IMG/VR virus record: IMGVR_UViG_3300029179_000009
Location: 1-41,200 of that record
Origin: a virus
Taxonomy: Duplodnaviria; Caudoviricetes
Strand: one strand, 5' to 3'
Length of the DNA: 41,200 nt
In this document: piece after piece, positions 15,688-24,507 of the stretch
Layout: every line of letters begins with the position of its first letter
Position numbering within the stretch: position 1 is the first letter of the stretch
Program-made: the position numbers and the translations under genes
Notes under the pieces: model-generated
The model's input: the letters and a program-made list of their open reading frames with translations, nothing else
Told to the model about the DNA's origin: nothing
Databases searched by the model: none

Positions 15688-18345
15688 ATGGCTATTATTA
15701 ACTCTGAAACTCTGGTAAAGCACGACTTCTCTGACATCAAGAATGCCATCATGCCTTTTAACGCAATGGCTGATATGTACGGTGAAGACCTTGCGGCTGA
15801 GCAGTTGCGTCTTGAGCATGAGTCTTACGTCTGGGGTGAGGAGCGTTTCAACAAAGCGTTAGAGCGTCAGATTGAACGTGAAGAGTTCGCTGAGACTCAG
15901 ACCGCTAAGCCGTTGATGCAAGTTGTTGTTCCTGCTGTGGCCGCTGCTGTGGTCGAGTTTGTCAACCTGAAACAGCGTGGTCGCCCTCATGTAGCCAAAG
16001 CGCCACTGAGTGCAATCCCTGCGGAAACCGCTACGTTTCTGGCCGTGAAGACCAGCTTGATGACTCTGGCAAAGTATGAATCTTGCGATATTCAACGACT
16101 GGCTAACACTATCGGTCAGAACATCGAAGATGAAATCCGCTTCGGTCGTATCCGTGATGAAGAGGCCGCACACTTCAAGAATCGCGTAAAAGAGAACCTG
16201 AACAAACGTAACGGTTTACTCTATAAGCGCGCCTATATGGAAGCTGTGGAGGCTGGCATGATGGAGAAGGGCGAACTGACTTCAACTCATGAGGCGTGGG
16301 AGCCGGACACTCGGATGCACGTAGGGATTCGCATGATTGAAATGATTATCTCTGCATCGGGTCTGCTGACCATTGAGCGTAAGTTTGCTGGTATCCCTGA
16401 TAAAGACCATCAAGCGGTACACATTGCGGATGCCTTCTTGACTCAGTTAACTACCCGTGCTCATGCCCTCTCAGGTATCAGTCCACTGTATCAGCCAACC
16501 GTGGTTCCACCTAAGCCGTGGACAGGTACTACTGGCGGTGGCTACTGGGCAAAGGGTCGCAAGCCTTTACGTCTGATTCGTACCGGTTCCAAAAAGGCAC
16601 TTGAGCGTTACAACGATGTGGAAATGCCTCAAGTTTACCATGCTGTGAACCTGATTCAGAACACCGCTTGGAGTATCAACCAGAAGGTGCTCGAAGTGGC
16701 TAACCAGATTGTAAACTGGGACGCTTGTCCAATTGAGGACATCCCAAGCAAGAACAAGGCGGAGAAACCTAAAGCCACTGACGAAGAGGCTGCTAATCCA
16801 GAGTTACTCAAGAAGTGGAAGAAGAAGGCCGCTGCGATTTACCGGAAAGAGAAGGCTCGACAGTCTCGCCGTTTGTCCCTTGAGTTCACAATGGAGCAAG
16901 CCAATAAGTTTGCTGAGTATGAGGCCATTTGGTTCCCTCACAACCTTGACTGGCGTGGCCGTGTGTATGCTGTCCCGATGTTCAACCCACAGGGTAACGA
17001 CATCACCAAGGGTCTGCTGCGCTTCGCTGAGGGTATGCCTATCGGTGAAGAGGGTGCATACTGGCTGGCTGTCCACGGTGCTAACACTGCGGGTGTCGAT
17101 AAGGTATCCCTTGATGACCGTGTTAAGTGGGTTGCTGATAACGAGGCAATGATTCTGGCCTCTGCTGAGAACCCATTAGACTGCACTTGGTGGGCAGGTC
17201 AGGATTCAGCCTTCTGTTTCTTAGCCTTCTGCTTCGAGTGGGCGGACTACGTGAAATCTGGTCGCAGTGTGAACTTTGTGTCTCACCTTGCGCTGGCCTT
17301 TGATGGTACTTGTTCAGGTCTGCAACACTTCTCTGCAATGCTGCGTGATGAAATCGGTGGTGCTGCTGTTAACCTGCTGCCTGCTGACAAGCCTCAGGAC
17401 GTTTATGGTATCGTGGCGATTGGGGTCAATAAGATTCTGAATGACCACCTGCTGAATGGCACTGATGACGCTATGGAGCTGCTGACCGATAAGAAGACCG
17501 GTGATGTTACTGAACGTCTGAAACTCGGTACTCGCACTCTGGCTACTCAGTGGCTGCAATATGGTGTGACCCGTAGTGTGACTAAACGCTCGGTTATGAC
17601 TCTGGCATATGGCTCGAAGGAGTACGGCTTCGCTGACCAAGTTCGTGAAGATACCGTTCAGCCTGCGATTGATTCAGGTAAAGGCGAGATGTTCACTGAA
17701 CCGTCTCAAGCCTGCCGCTACATGGCCAAGTTAATCTGGGATGTGGTTGGTCAAACAGTAGTCGCTGCGGTGGAAGCTATGAGCTGGCTGCAAAAGGCCG
17801 CTACTCTGGTATCCACTGAGGTTAAAGACAAGAAGACCAAAGAGGTACTGAAACCTGCAATGCCTGTACGTTGGACTACTCCTGCGGGATTCCAAGTGTG
17901 GTCAGCTTACCGTGTACCAAAGAAGAAGCGTATCGACTGCATTCTGTTCGGTGAACTGCACCTGCAAATCACTATGAACGTGGCCGAGACCCCTGAACTG
18001 GATGCCCGTAAGCAAGCCGCTGGTATTGCACCTAACTTTGTCCACTCTATGGACGCAAGCCACCTTAAGCTGACCGTTGTGAAGTGTCATGATGTTTACG
18101 GGATTCGTTCCTTCGCCATGATTCACGATTCCTTCGGGTGCCACGCTGGTAACGCTCACCTGATGTTTAAAGGTGTTCGTGAGGTGATGGTCGAAACGTA
18201 TGAGAACAACGATGTAATCGCTCAGTTCTACAACGAGTTTGCCGATATGCTGCATGAGTCCCAACTGGAAAAGATGCCTGCTGTGCCAGCGAAAGGTAAT
18301 CTGGACTTACAAGAAATCCTGAAATCCCTGTACACCTTCTCTTAA
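15688..18345 (+). CDS. gp1: Single-subunit DNA-directed RNA polymerase
   Basis: DWRGRVY, FDGTCSGLQH, RSVTKRSVMTLAYG and IHDSFG motifs; 885 aa. Confidence 0.99.
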   Translation: MAIINSETLVKHDFSDIKNAIMPFNAMADMYGEDLAAEQLRLEHESYVWGEERFNKALERQIEREEFAETQTAKPLMQVVVPAVAAAVVEFVNLKQRGRPHVAKAPLSAIPAETATFLAVKTSLMTLAKYESCDIQRLANTIGQNIEDEIRFGRIRDEEAAHFKNRVKENLNKRNGLLYKRAYMEAVEAGMMEKGELTSTHEAWEPDTRMHVGIRMIEMIISASGLLTIERKFAGIPDKDHQAVHIADAFLTQLTTRAHALSGISPLYQPTVVPPKPWTGTTGGGYWAKGRKPLRLIRTGSKKALERYNDVEMPQVYHAVNLIQNTAWSINQKVLEVANQIVNWDACPIEDIPSKNKAEKPKATDEEAANPELLKKWKKKAAAIYRKEKARQSRRLSLEFTMEQANKFAEYEAIWFPHNLDWRGRVYAVPMFNPQGNDITKGLLRFAEGMPIGEEGAYWLAVHGANTAGVDKVSLDDRVKWVADNEAMILASAENPLDCTWWAGQDSAFCFLAFCFEWADYVKSGRSVNFVSHLALAFDGTCSGLQHFSAMLRDEIGGAAVNLLPADKPQDVYGIVAIGVNKILNDHLLNGTDDAMELLTDKKTGDVTERLKLGTRTLATQWLQYGVTRSVTKRSVMTLAYGSKEYGFADQVREDTVQPAIDSGKGEMFTEPSQACRYMAKLIWDVVGQTVVAAVEAMSWLQKAATLVSTEVKDKKTKEVLKPAMPVRWTTPAGFQVWSAYRVPKKKRIDCILFGELHLQITMNVAETPELDARKQAAGIAPNFVHSMDASHLKLTVVKCHDVYGIRSFAMIHDSFGCHAGNAHLMFKGVREVMVETYENNDVIAQFYNEFADMLHESQLEKMPAVPAKGNLDLQEILKSLYTFS

Positions 18346-18358
18346 GGAGTGACACTGA

Positions 18359-18676
18359 ATGATTACTGATTATGTACTATCGAAATGGTACGACTTGATG
18401 GTGGCCCGAAAGGGTCGCCAACCTCACGTAGTGGAAACAATCACACGTCCACCAGCACTGACCTCTATCCGGTTCCCTTGTGTTTACCAGACGAAACTCC
18501 TTGAGACCCACTTTAAGCTGGGCTTAGGGTCTTGCGGTAAGGTGGTCACTAAGCTGGCCTTTGTGGAAACAGACAAAACGTACACCATCTTGCAGACCAC
18601 TGAGGATGGAGAACGAAAAGAGTTTATCTATCAGCGTGACCACATTGTTGGTCGCATTGAAACCATCTGGAACTAA
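18359..18676 (+). CDS. Hypothetical protein
   Basis: 105 aa; AAGGAG RBS; similar to the C-terminus of the next ORF. Confidence 0.75.
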   Translation: MITDYVLSKWYDLMVARKGRQPHVVETITRPPALTSIRFPCVYQTKLLETHFKLGLGSCGKVVTKLAFVETDKTYTILQTTEDGERKEFIYQRDHIVGRIETIWN

Positions 18677-18697
18677 TAAACCATCACAATAGAGAAT
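18675..18697 (+). promoter_or_regulatory. Phage RNAP promoter
   Basis: AATAAACCATCACAATAGAGAAT. Confidence 0.85.
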
Positions 18698-18731
18698 ACC
18701 CTCTGACTATTTAACTTTAGGAGTAAACATT

Positions 18732-19256
18732 ATGTCTATCATCACCGCATACACCGTTGAATTCGCTACCATCGTTGCTGGCTCACTGGCTTGCATCACT
18801 GCTGGCTTAGGGTCTAAACTCCATGCCCAACGTAAGCTGCTGTCCAACAAGCAGGAACAAATTGATTCCCTTAAGGCTGCAATCAAGCGTAAGAACAACT
18901 CACTTGACCACTTTGCCAATGACATCTTCAATCTGAATGAGGACTTGCGCAGACAACGTGAGAACCACAAGGAGCATTACAATGAGTTACTCCGTGAGAA
19001 CTCCCGCTTGCGCACCTGTGTCCGTGAGTCAACCGAGGCACAACGTCCAATCGTCCATGTTGGCCTTGAAGGCGTAGTCGTTAAGGTGTCATCCGGTGTA
19101 TCTGAGGTGTACTCAGTAGGTAAGCTGGTCACTAAGCTGACCGTGTATGAGTTCCAACAGACCAACACTATCATGGTTGAAACCACTAACGAGAAAGGGA
19201 AGGTTGAATCACACCACTACCAGAATGTGGCCTACTCTCTGCGACTGAAGGATTAA
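18732..19256 (+). CDS. Hypothetical protein with N-terminal membrane anchor and coiled coil
   Basis: 174 aa; AGGAG RBS; hydrophobic N-terminus. Confidence 0.75.
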   Translation: MSIITAYTVEFATIVAGSLACITAGLGSKLHAQRKLLSNKQEQIDSLKAAIKRKNNSLDHFANDIFNLNEDLRRQRENHKEHYNELLRENSRLRTCVRESTEAQRPIVHVGLEGVVVKVSSGVSEVYSVGKLVTKLTVYEFQQTNTIMVETTNEKGKVESHHYQNVAYSLRLKD

Positions 19257-19263
19257 CCACCTT

Positions 19264-19422
19264 ATGAAAATCGAAATGATATTTGCCTTACTGTTTGGCG
19301 GCTATCATGCTGCCCAAGTGGTCGAACAAGGTCTGATTGTCACAGCGTTTACCTTTGTGTCATTCACTATCTGCGGTGCCACTCTGGCTTATTTCCTTTC
19401 GCTAATCATCAAGAAACTCTAA
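19264..19422 (+). CDS. Small hydrophobic protein (52 aa)
   Basis: AAGGA RBS; MKIEMIFALLFGG...LSLIIKKL. Confidence 0.5.
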   Translation: MKIEMIFALLFGGYHAAQVVEQGLIVTAFTFVSFTICGATLAYFLSLIIKKL

Positions 19423-19428
19423 CTCACT

Positions 19429-19450
19429 GGCCGCCTTCGGGTGGCCTTTT
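19429..19450 (+). terminator. Intrinsic terminator, early terminator TE-like
   Basis: GGCCGCC-TTCG-GGTGGCC-TTTT. Confidence 0.85.
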
Positions 19451-19484
19451 GTCGTTTCAGCTTTGTGCCTTCTTTAAGTCTGTG

Positions 19485-19507
19485 AATAAACCATCACAGT
19501 AGGAGAC
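19485..19507 (+). promoter_or_regulatory. Phage RNAP class II promoter (ligase)
   Basis: AATAAACCATCACAGTAGGAGAC. Confidence 0.9.
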
Positions 19508-19549
19508 ACAAAGCTGAACCTACAATTTCTAACCAAAGGAGAAATCACT

Positions 19550-20587
19550 ATGCACGTTACTATCAACCCATATAAGCCTGTTTCCTTCAACGAGAAGGCA
19601 ATCGCCAAGGTGCTGGCACAATCCGGCTCACTTATCGCTGACATCAAGTCTGATGGTGTGCGCTGTCACTTGCTGATTCTGCCCACTGCTGACGTTCAGG
19701 GTGCGCCTGCTGCCCGTTGTTACGCATTGAGTCGTACCAATAAGGCTATCCCAGCGTTACGCGAACTGTTTGCAGCCCCAAGTGATATGATTTCATTGGG
19801 TCAGTTGCTGGCCGAAAGCCTGTACCCTGATGGTCTTATCATTGATGGCGAGATGATGGTCAAAGGTGTTGACTTTAACACTGGTTCTGGCATGTTACGC
19901 CGTAAGACCATGCTGAATGTTAATCAACTGGTGTACGTCATTTATGGTGTACTTTCGGCTCAACAGATTCTGAAAGACCCTAAGGCGGACATTGAGATTC
20001 CTAACTGTGTTATGCAAGCGCAGACCGGTGTGTTAATCCACCAAGTGCGTGAGCTTCTGCCTGACATGAATTGGCAACTGGTGACATCCTATGATGTATT
20101 CGATATGGAATCATTGCAGGAACTTTATGAGAAAGTCCGTGAGTCTGGCCACGAAGGTCTGGTCATTAAAGACCCAATGGGCAACTGGAAGCGTGGCAAG
20201 AAGGTTGGCTGGTGGAAGATGAAACCCGAAGACGAGATTGACGGAACTGTAGTTGGTCTGGTCTGGGGAACCGAAGGCAAGGCCAATGAAGGTAAAGTGA
20301 TTGGCTTCGAGGTACTCTTAGAGAATGAACGGGTGGTTAATGCCTGCGGTCTGACTCAAGCCCAGATGGAACAGTATACCCGTCAAGTCATCGAGACTAA
20401 CTATGGGGACATTCTTAAGGAAGGTTGGCCGGATGTTGTACATATCCCATCACCAGATGAAGTAAACCCCTATCTCGGCTGGTCTGTCCAAGTAAAGTTC
20501 ATGGAGCGCACACCGGATGGCTCATTGCGTCACCCTAGCTTCTCATGCTGGCGTGGTATGACTGGTAACGAGACTGAGAAATCTTAA
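19550..20587 (+). CDS. gp1.3: ATP-dependent DNA ligase
   Basis: KSDGVR adenylation motif; IDGE, EGLVIK, WWKMKP and SLRHPSF. Confidence 0.97.
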   Translation: MHVTINPYKPVSFNEKAIAKVLAQSGSLIADIKSDGVRCHLLILPTADVQGAPAARCYALSRTNKAIPALRELFAAPSDMISLGQLLAESLYPDGLIIDGEMMVKGVDFNTGSGMLRRKTMLNVNQLVYVIYGVLSAQQILKDPKADIEIPNCVMQAQTGVLIHQVRELLPDMNWQLVTSYDVFDMESLQELYEKVRESGHEGLVIKDPMGNWKRGKKVGWWKMKPEDEIDGTVVGLVWGTEGKANEGKVIGFEVLLENERVVNACGLTQAQMEQYTRQVIETNYGDILKEGWPDVVHIPSPDEVNPYLGWSVQVKFMERTPDGSLRHPSFSCWRGMTGNETEKS

Positions 20588-20608
20588 TAAACCATCACAG
20601 TAGGAGAC
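20586..20608 (+). promoter_or_regulatory. Phage RNAP class II promoter
   Basis: AATAAACCATCACAGTAGGAGAC. Confidence 0.9.
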
Positions 20609-20615
20609 ACACATA

Positions 20616-20714
20616 ATGAAGATTAACACAGCTTCCTTCATTTCGTTCTGCCCATTCTGCTTTTACCCAGAGATTAACTGTCAGTGCTGGCCTGTGTGTC
20701 AGCATTCTGAATAA
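20616..20714 (+). CDS. Cys-rich 32-aa peptide
   Basis: MKINTASFISFCPFCFYPEINCQCWPVCQHSE; exactly spans two promoters; AGGAG RBS. Confidence 0.6.
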   Translation: MKINTASFISFCPFCFYPEINCQCWPVCQHSE

Positions 20715-20732
20715 ACCATCACAGTAGGAGAC
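20710..20732 (+). promoter_or_regulatory. Phage RNAP class II promoter
   Basis: AATAAACCATCACAGTAGGAGAC. Confidence 0.9.
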
Positions 20733-20737
20733 ACCTT

Positions 20738-20902
20738 ATGAAAAAGTTTTACCTTCACATTGAGAACGATGGCGCTATTGAGCAAGAGATTGTGGTGATT
20801 CACGCTATGACTCTTGACCTTGCGGCTGAACACGCTGACCGTATCTACGGGAAACGTTGTGTCCGTATCCGCCCTCATGTTGACCACTCTGTTTCACGTT
20901 AA
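20738..20902 (+). CDS. gp2: Host RNA polymerase inhibitor, T7 gp2-like (54 aa)
   Basis: KKFY..IE...I.A.TLD.A.E.A...Y....VRIRP.V matches the gp2 pattern including the RxR motif; not in the ORF track. Confidence 0.8.
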   Translation: MKKFYLHIENDGAIEQEIVVIHAMTLDLAAEHADRIYGKRCVRIRPHVDHSVSR

Positions 20903-20923
20903 TAAACCATCACAGTAGGAGAC
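20901..20923 (+). promoter_or_regulatory. Phage RNAP class II promoter
   Basis: AATAAACCATCACAGTAGGAGAC. Confidence 0.9.
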
Positions 20924-20930
20924 ACATTCT

Positions 20931-21614
20931 ATGCGTACCAATCCAAACCCAATCACTGTCATTGCCTTGTGTGCTTCCCAGCCCCAATCTGGTAAAGACA
21001 CTCTGGCAGACCTCTTGTCTAGCTACTATCTGGCCAAAGGCAAGAAGGTTGGTCGTATTGCATTCGGCGATGCCCTGCGTAAACACGTAGCGTGTATCTT
21101 TGGGGTCAATCGTTATGCGAGCCTGTACCGTCAGTTGCACACGAAGGAGAAAGACGTTGTGAAAGACGACCTGTCTCTTGCTTGGGTGAGTAACAATTAT
21201 GCTGACTATGTTCAGGTGATGCTTGCATTAGGTCATGACCTTCATGAGTCACGCTCTTTGCGTTGGCATATGCAGCATTATGGTACTGACTACATTCGTC
21301 AACACCGTGGGTTGGAGAACTTCTGGGTGGACATTGTGAACCGTGATTTACGTCACATGTACGATGATAACTTTGATGTTGTCTTTGTGACTGACTTACG
21401 GTTCCCGCTGGAATATGAGATGCTAGGTGCTCACCACTGTGCGACCTTCATTGATGTTGTGCCAGTGGGCTTCCCTAAATCACTGTATCAGCAAAGTGGT
21501 ACACAGCATGTAGCCGAAAGTCATCGCTTTGATACTGACATCACGGTGTATAACCACTTTGGCTTCAAAGAGAACATGCTGAAACAACTCGTTGACGTTG
21601 GCTTCTTGGAATAA
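20931..21614 (+). CDS. Deoxynucleoside monophosphate kinase (P-loop type)
   Basis: SGKDTLA, FGDALR, R..MQ.YGTD..R, TDLRFP.E and H.AE motifs. Confidence 0.85.
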   Translation: MRTNPNPITVIALCASQPQSGKDTLADLLSSYYLAKGKKVGRIAFGDALRKHVACIFGVNRYASLYRQLHTKEKDVVKDDLSLAWVSNNYADYVQVMLALGHDLHESRSLRWHMQHYGTDYIRQHRGLENFWVDIVNRDLRHMYDDNFDVVFVTDLRFPLEYEMLGAHHCATFIDVVPVGFPKSLYQQSGTQHVAESHRFDTDITVYNHFGFKENMLKQLVDVGFLE

Positions 21615-21632
21615 ACCATCACAATAGGAACA
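21610..21632 (+). promoter_or_regulatory. Phage RNAP class II promoter
   Basis: AATAAACCATCACAATAGGAACA. Confidence 0.9.
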
Positions 21633-21671
21633 TACTCAAGGCCATCACTCTGGTGGCCTTTATGAATGTTC
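21628..21671 (+). promoter_or_regulatory. RNase III stem
   Basis: GAACATACTCAAGGCCATCA-loop-TGGTGGCCTTTATGAATGTTC. Confidence 0.85.
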
Positions 21672-21708
21672 TTTATTTATCGTAATTATTTGACAAAGGA
21701 GAAACACT

Positions 21709-22428
21709 ATGAACCGCACTATGACTATCCACACTGCAATCGAAGTGGCTTGCAAGACCCTGATGGCTACCGGTAACTTCACTCAAGATGACCGCGCTGC
21801 TGCTTACGATGTGCTGGCCACTCATAATGCCCACCTGCTGCGTATGACTCAGGCCACTCAAGGTGTTGTCGTTGAGGCTGCAACTCCTAAGACTGTGTTC
21901 AGCACGATGGAACCTAAGCCAATCAAGACAGCGGCTAAGCCTAGCGTGGAACCTGAAGCTGTCCCGTTTGTGGCAACTCACAAGTACATTGGTGGTCAGA
22001 AGCGTCTGCAAGATAAGCACGTAACACTGACCAAGGTTGGCCTGAACTTTGTGGGCACTGACCGATTTGGTAACACTGTGACTGCATCTAAGCGTTTCTT
22101 CCAAGAACTGCCTAAGCCAAAGGTCACTATCAATGACCGTGAGACTGGCCGCAAGGTTTGCACTGATGACGTGAATATTCTGGTTCTGTCTGGTACAACC
22201 CCTATCATGAACTCCCACGGCTTTAACGATGGGATGAAGTTTGAGTTCGCTCAGAATGAAGGCTTCGACATGGTTCGTGTTCGTCACATTCGCACTGGCA
22301 AGATGGCACGTCTGCACGTTAAATACCTGAAGCCTATCTTCATTTCCAAGCACGACTATGAGCTGCTGGTCAAGAAGCGCAACGCTAAGTTCGCAGAGAT
22401 GGCCTTGAGTAAATCCTTTGATTTCTAA
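21709..22428 (+). CDS. Hypothetical protein
   Basis: 239 aa; AAGGAG RBS; phage-like codon usage. Confidence 0.8.
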   Translation: MNRTMTIHTAIEVACKTLMATGNFTQDDRAAAYDVLATHNAHLLRMTQATQGVVVEAATPKTVFSTMEPKPIKTAAKPSVEPEAVPFVATHKYIGGQKRLQDKHVTLTKVGLNFVGTDRFGNTVTASKRFFQELPKPKVTINDRETGRKVCTDDVNILVLSGTTPIMNSHGFNDGMKFEFAQNEGFDMVRVRHIRTGKMARLHVKYLKPIFISKHDYELLVKKRNAKFAEMALSKSFDF

Positions 22429-22442
22429 TGGAGTAATCCCAA

Positions 22443-24479
22443 ATGGCTACAATCCTTGTATCGGACATCGAGACCAATGGTCTGTTGGACACGGTGTCTA
22501 AATTCCATTGTGCCGTTACGATTGACTACTTCACCAATGAGACCAAGCGTTATTATCCTTGGGACTTCAAACAGTATGTGGCCGACCTTGAGTTGGCCGC
22601 TGCTAATGGTGACTTGCTGGCTTTCCATAACGGTATCGGCTATGACATCCCTGCCCTGAAGATTCTCAAGAAGAAGTACTTCGGGACTAACCTGAATATC
22701 CCTAAGCAAAGTGTGTTCGACACTCTGGTTGCGTCCACTCTGGTGTTCTCTAACATCCGTGACAGTGACGTAATGCGTATGCGAAGAGGTATCATCACCG
22801 GTAAACAATTCGGTAGTCACTCATTGAAGGCTTGGGGTATGCGACTCCAATGCTATAAGGGTGAGTACGGTGAGCAGGAAAACGCATGGGAAGAGTTCGA
22901 TGACCCGATGATGGGTTACTGTGAGCAGGACGTTGTTGTTACCTGCAAGCTCATTGAGAAACTGTTCAATGACGCATGGTACTTCCCTTCTGACCAACCA
23001 ATGATGAAACTCGCAGAGTCTCTGCGGTTAGAACACGATGCTGCATGGCTTATGGCGAAGCAACAGCGTAATGGCTATCCGTTTGACACTGAGGCCGCAG
23101 AGCGTCTGTACCGTGACGAGTCAGTTAGACGTGAAAAGATTCGTCAAGAACTCTTACAGACCTTTGGCTCATGGTATAAAGCCCACGGTGGAACCCAACC
23201 GTTCCGCCATCCGGTATCCGGTAAGGAACTCACTAAGTTCCCACGGGTGAAATACCCTAAGGCTGGGTCACTGCGTACCAAGAACGGTAAGCTGTCAAGC
23301 ACTTTGTACTATGAAGGTCGTCCTTTTACGCCTATCAAGTACATTGAGTTTAACCCTGCGTCTCGTGACCACATCATCAAAGTGTTGACAGACTGCGGGT
23401 GGCAACCTACTGACTACACTGAGGCCGGAAACCCTATCGTTGATGACGAAACGTTGGGCCTCTTGGTGGAACACAAGGCGATACCTGAAGAGTATATCCC
23501 TAAGGTCGAATTGATTCGTGAGTATCTGACCATTCAGAAGCTCATTGGGCAGTTGGCCGAAGGTGATAACGCTTGGTTACGCCATGTTAAGGACGGTAAG
23601 ATTCATGGTCGAGTTAACCCTAACGCTGCTGTTACAGGCCGTGCTACTCACAGTAACCCTAACCTTGCACAAGTTCCCTCACTGGGCAAGTACAAAGGTA
23701 AGGAATGCCGTTCGCTCTTCGGTGCATATCACCATGTGGGCGCAGATGGTAATCATTGGGTTCAGGTTGGAGTCGATGCCTCAGGTTTGGAGCTGCGTTG
23801 TCTTGGTCATTTTATGACTAAGTTCGATGGCGGAGAGTATATTGATGTTATCCTCAACGGTGACATCCATACCAAGAACCAAGAAGCTGCGGGACTACCA
23901 ACACGAAACAACGCCAAGACTTTCATTTATGGCTTCCTGTATGGTGCGGGAGCCGAGAAGATTGGCCAAATCGTTGGTAAGTTCGGTGAGGAAGGCAAGA
24001 AGGCAGGCAAGGAGCTAATCAATAAGTTCCTTGAACAGACCCCAGCAATCGCAGCTCTACGTGAGCAACTCGCAGATGCACTCATTAAGGATGCTAAGTG
24101 GGTAGGCGGTACGCAACAAATCAAGTGGAAACGAAAGTGGATTAAAGGTCTGGATGGTCGTCAAGTACACGTCCGGTCGCCTCACTCTGCGTTGAACACT
24201 CTGTTGCAGTCTGCCGGTGCTCTTATCTGCAAGCTGTGGATTGTAGAGTGGGACAAAATGATGGAAGAAGCAGGCTATAAACACGGCTGGGACGGTGATT
24301 ACTGTTACATGGCGTGGGTACACGATGAAGCCCAACTTGCTTGTCGTACTGATGCCATTGCTGACCATGCCATTGAGATTGCTCAACTAGCTATGCGTAA
24401 GGTAGGCGACCATTTCAACTTCAAGTGTCCACTGGATACCGAAGGGAAGAAGGGTCGTGATTGGGCCGAGTGTCACTAA
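22443..24479 (+). CDS. gp5: DNA polymerase, family A, T7 gp5-type with thioredoxin-binding insertion
   Basis: SDIETNG exonuclease motif; DASGLELR, RNNAKTFIYGFLYG and WVHDE. Confidence 0.99.
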   Translation: MATILVSDIETNGLLDTVSKFHCAVTIDYFTNETKRYYPWDFKQYVADLELAAANGDLLAFHNGIGYDIPALKILKKKYFGTNLNIPKQSVFDTLVASTLVFSNIRDSDVMRMRRGIITGKQFGSHSLKAWGMRLQCYKGEYGEQENAWEEFDDPMMGYCEQDVVVTCKLIEKLFNDAWYFPSDQPMMKLAESLRLEHDAAWLMAKQQRNGYPFDTEAAERLYRDESVRREKIRQELLQTFGSWYKAHGGTQPFRHPVSGKELTKFPRVKYPKAGSLRTKNGKLSSTLYYEGRPFTPIKYIEFNPASRDHIIKVLTDCGWQPTDYTEAGNPIVDDETLGLLVEHKAIPEEYIPKVELIREYLTIQKLIGQLAEGDNAWLRHVKDGKIHGRVNPNAAVTGRATHSNPNLAQVPSLGKYKGKECRSLFGAYHHVGADGNHWVQVGVDASGLELRCLGHFMTKFDGGEYIDVILNGDIHTKNQEAAGLPTRNNAKTFIYGFLYGAGAEKIGQIVGKFGEEGKKAGKELINKFLEQTPAIAALREQLADALIKDAKWVGGTQQIKWKRKWIKGLDGRQVHVRSPHSALNTLLQSAGALICKLWIVEWDKMMEEAGYKHGWDGDYCYMAWVHDEAQLACRTDAIADHAIEIAQLAMRKVGDHFNFKCPLDTEGKKGRDWAECH

Positions 24480-24500
24480 TAAACCATCACAATAGGAGAC
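24478..24500 (+). promoter_or_regulatory. Phage RNAP class II promoter
   Basis: AATAAACCATCACAATAGGAGAC. Confidence 0.9.
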
Positions 24501-24507
24501 AAACATT

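Noticed and set aside
19485-21632. Repeat-spacer pattern superficially like a CRISPR array
   Set aside because: The repeats are phage promoters; the spacers are about 100-1100 bp and encode ORFs; no cas genes
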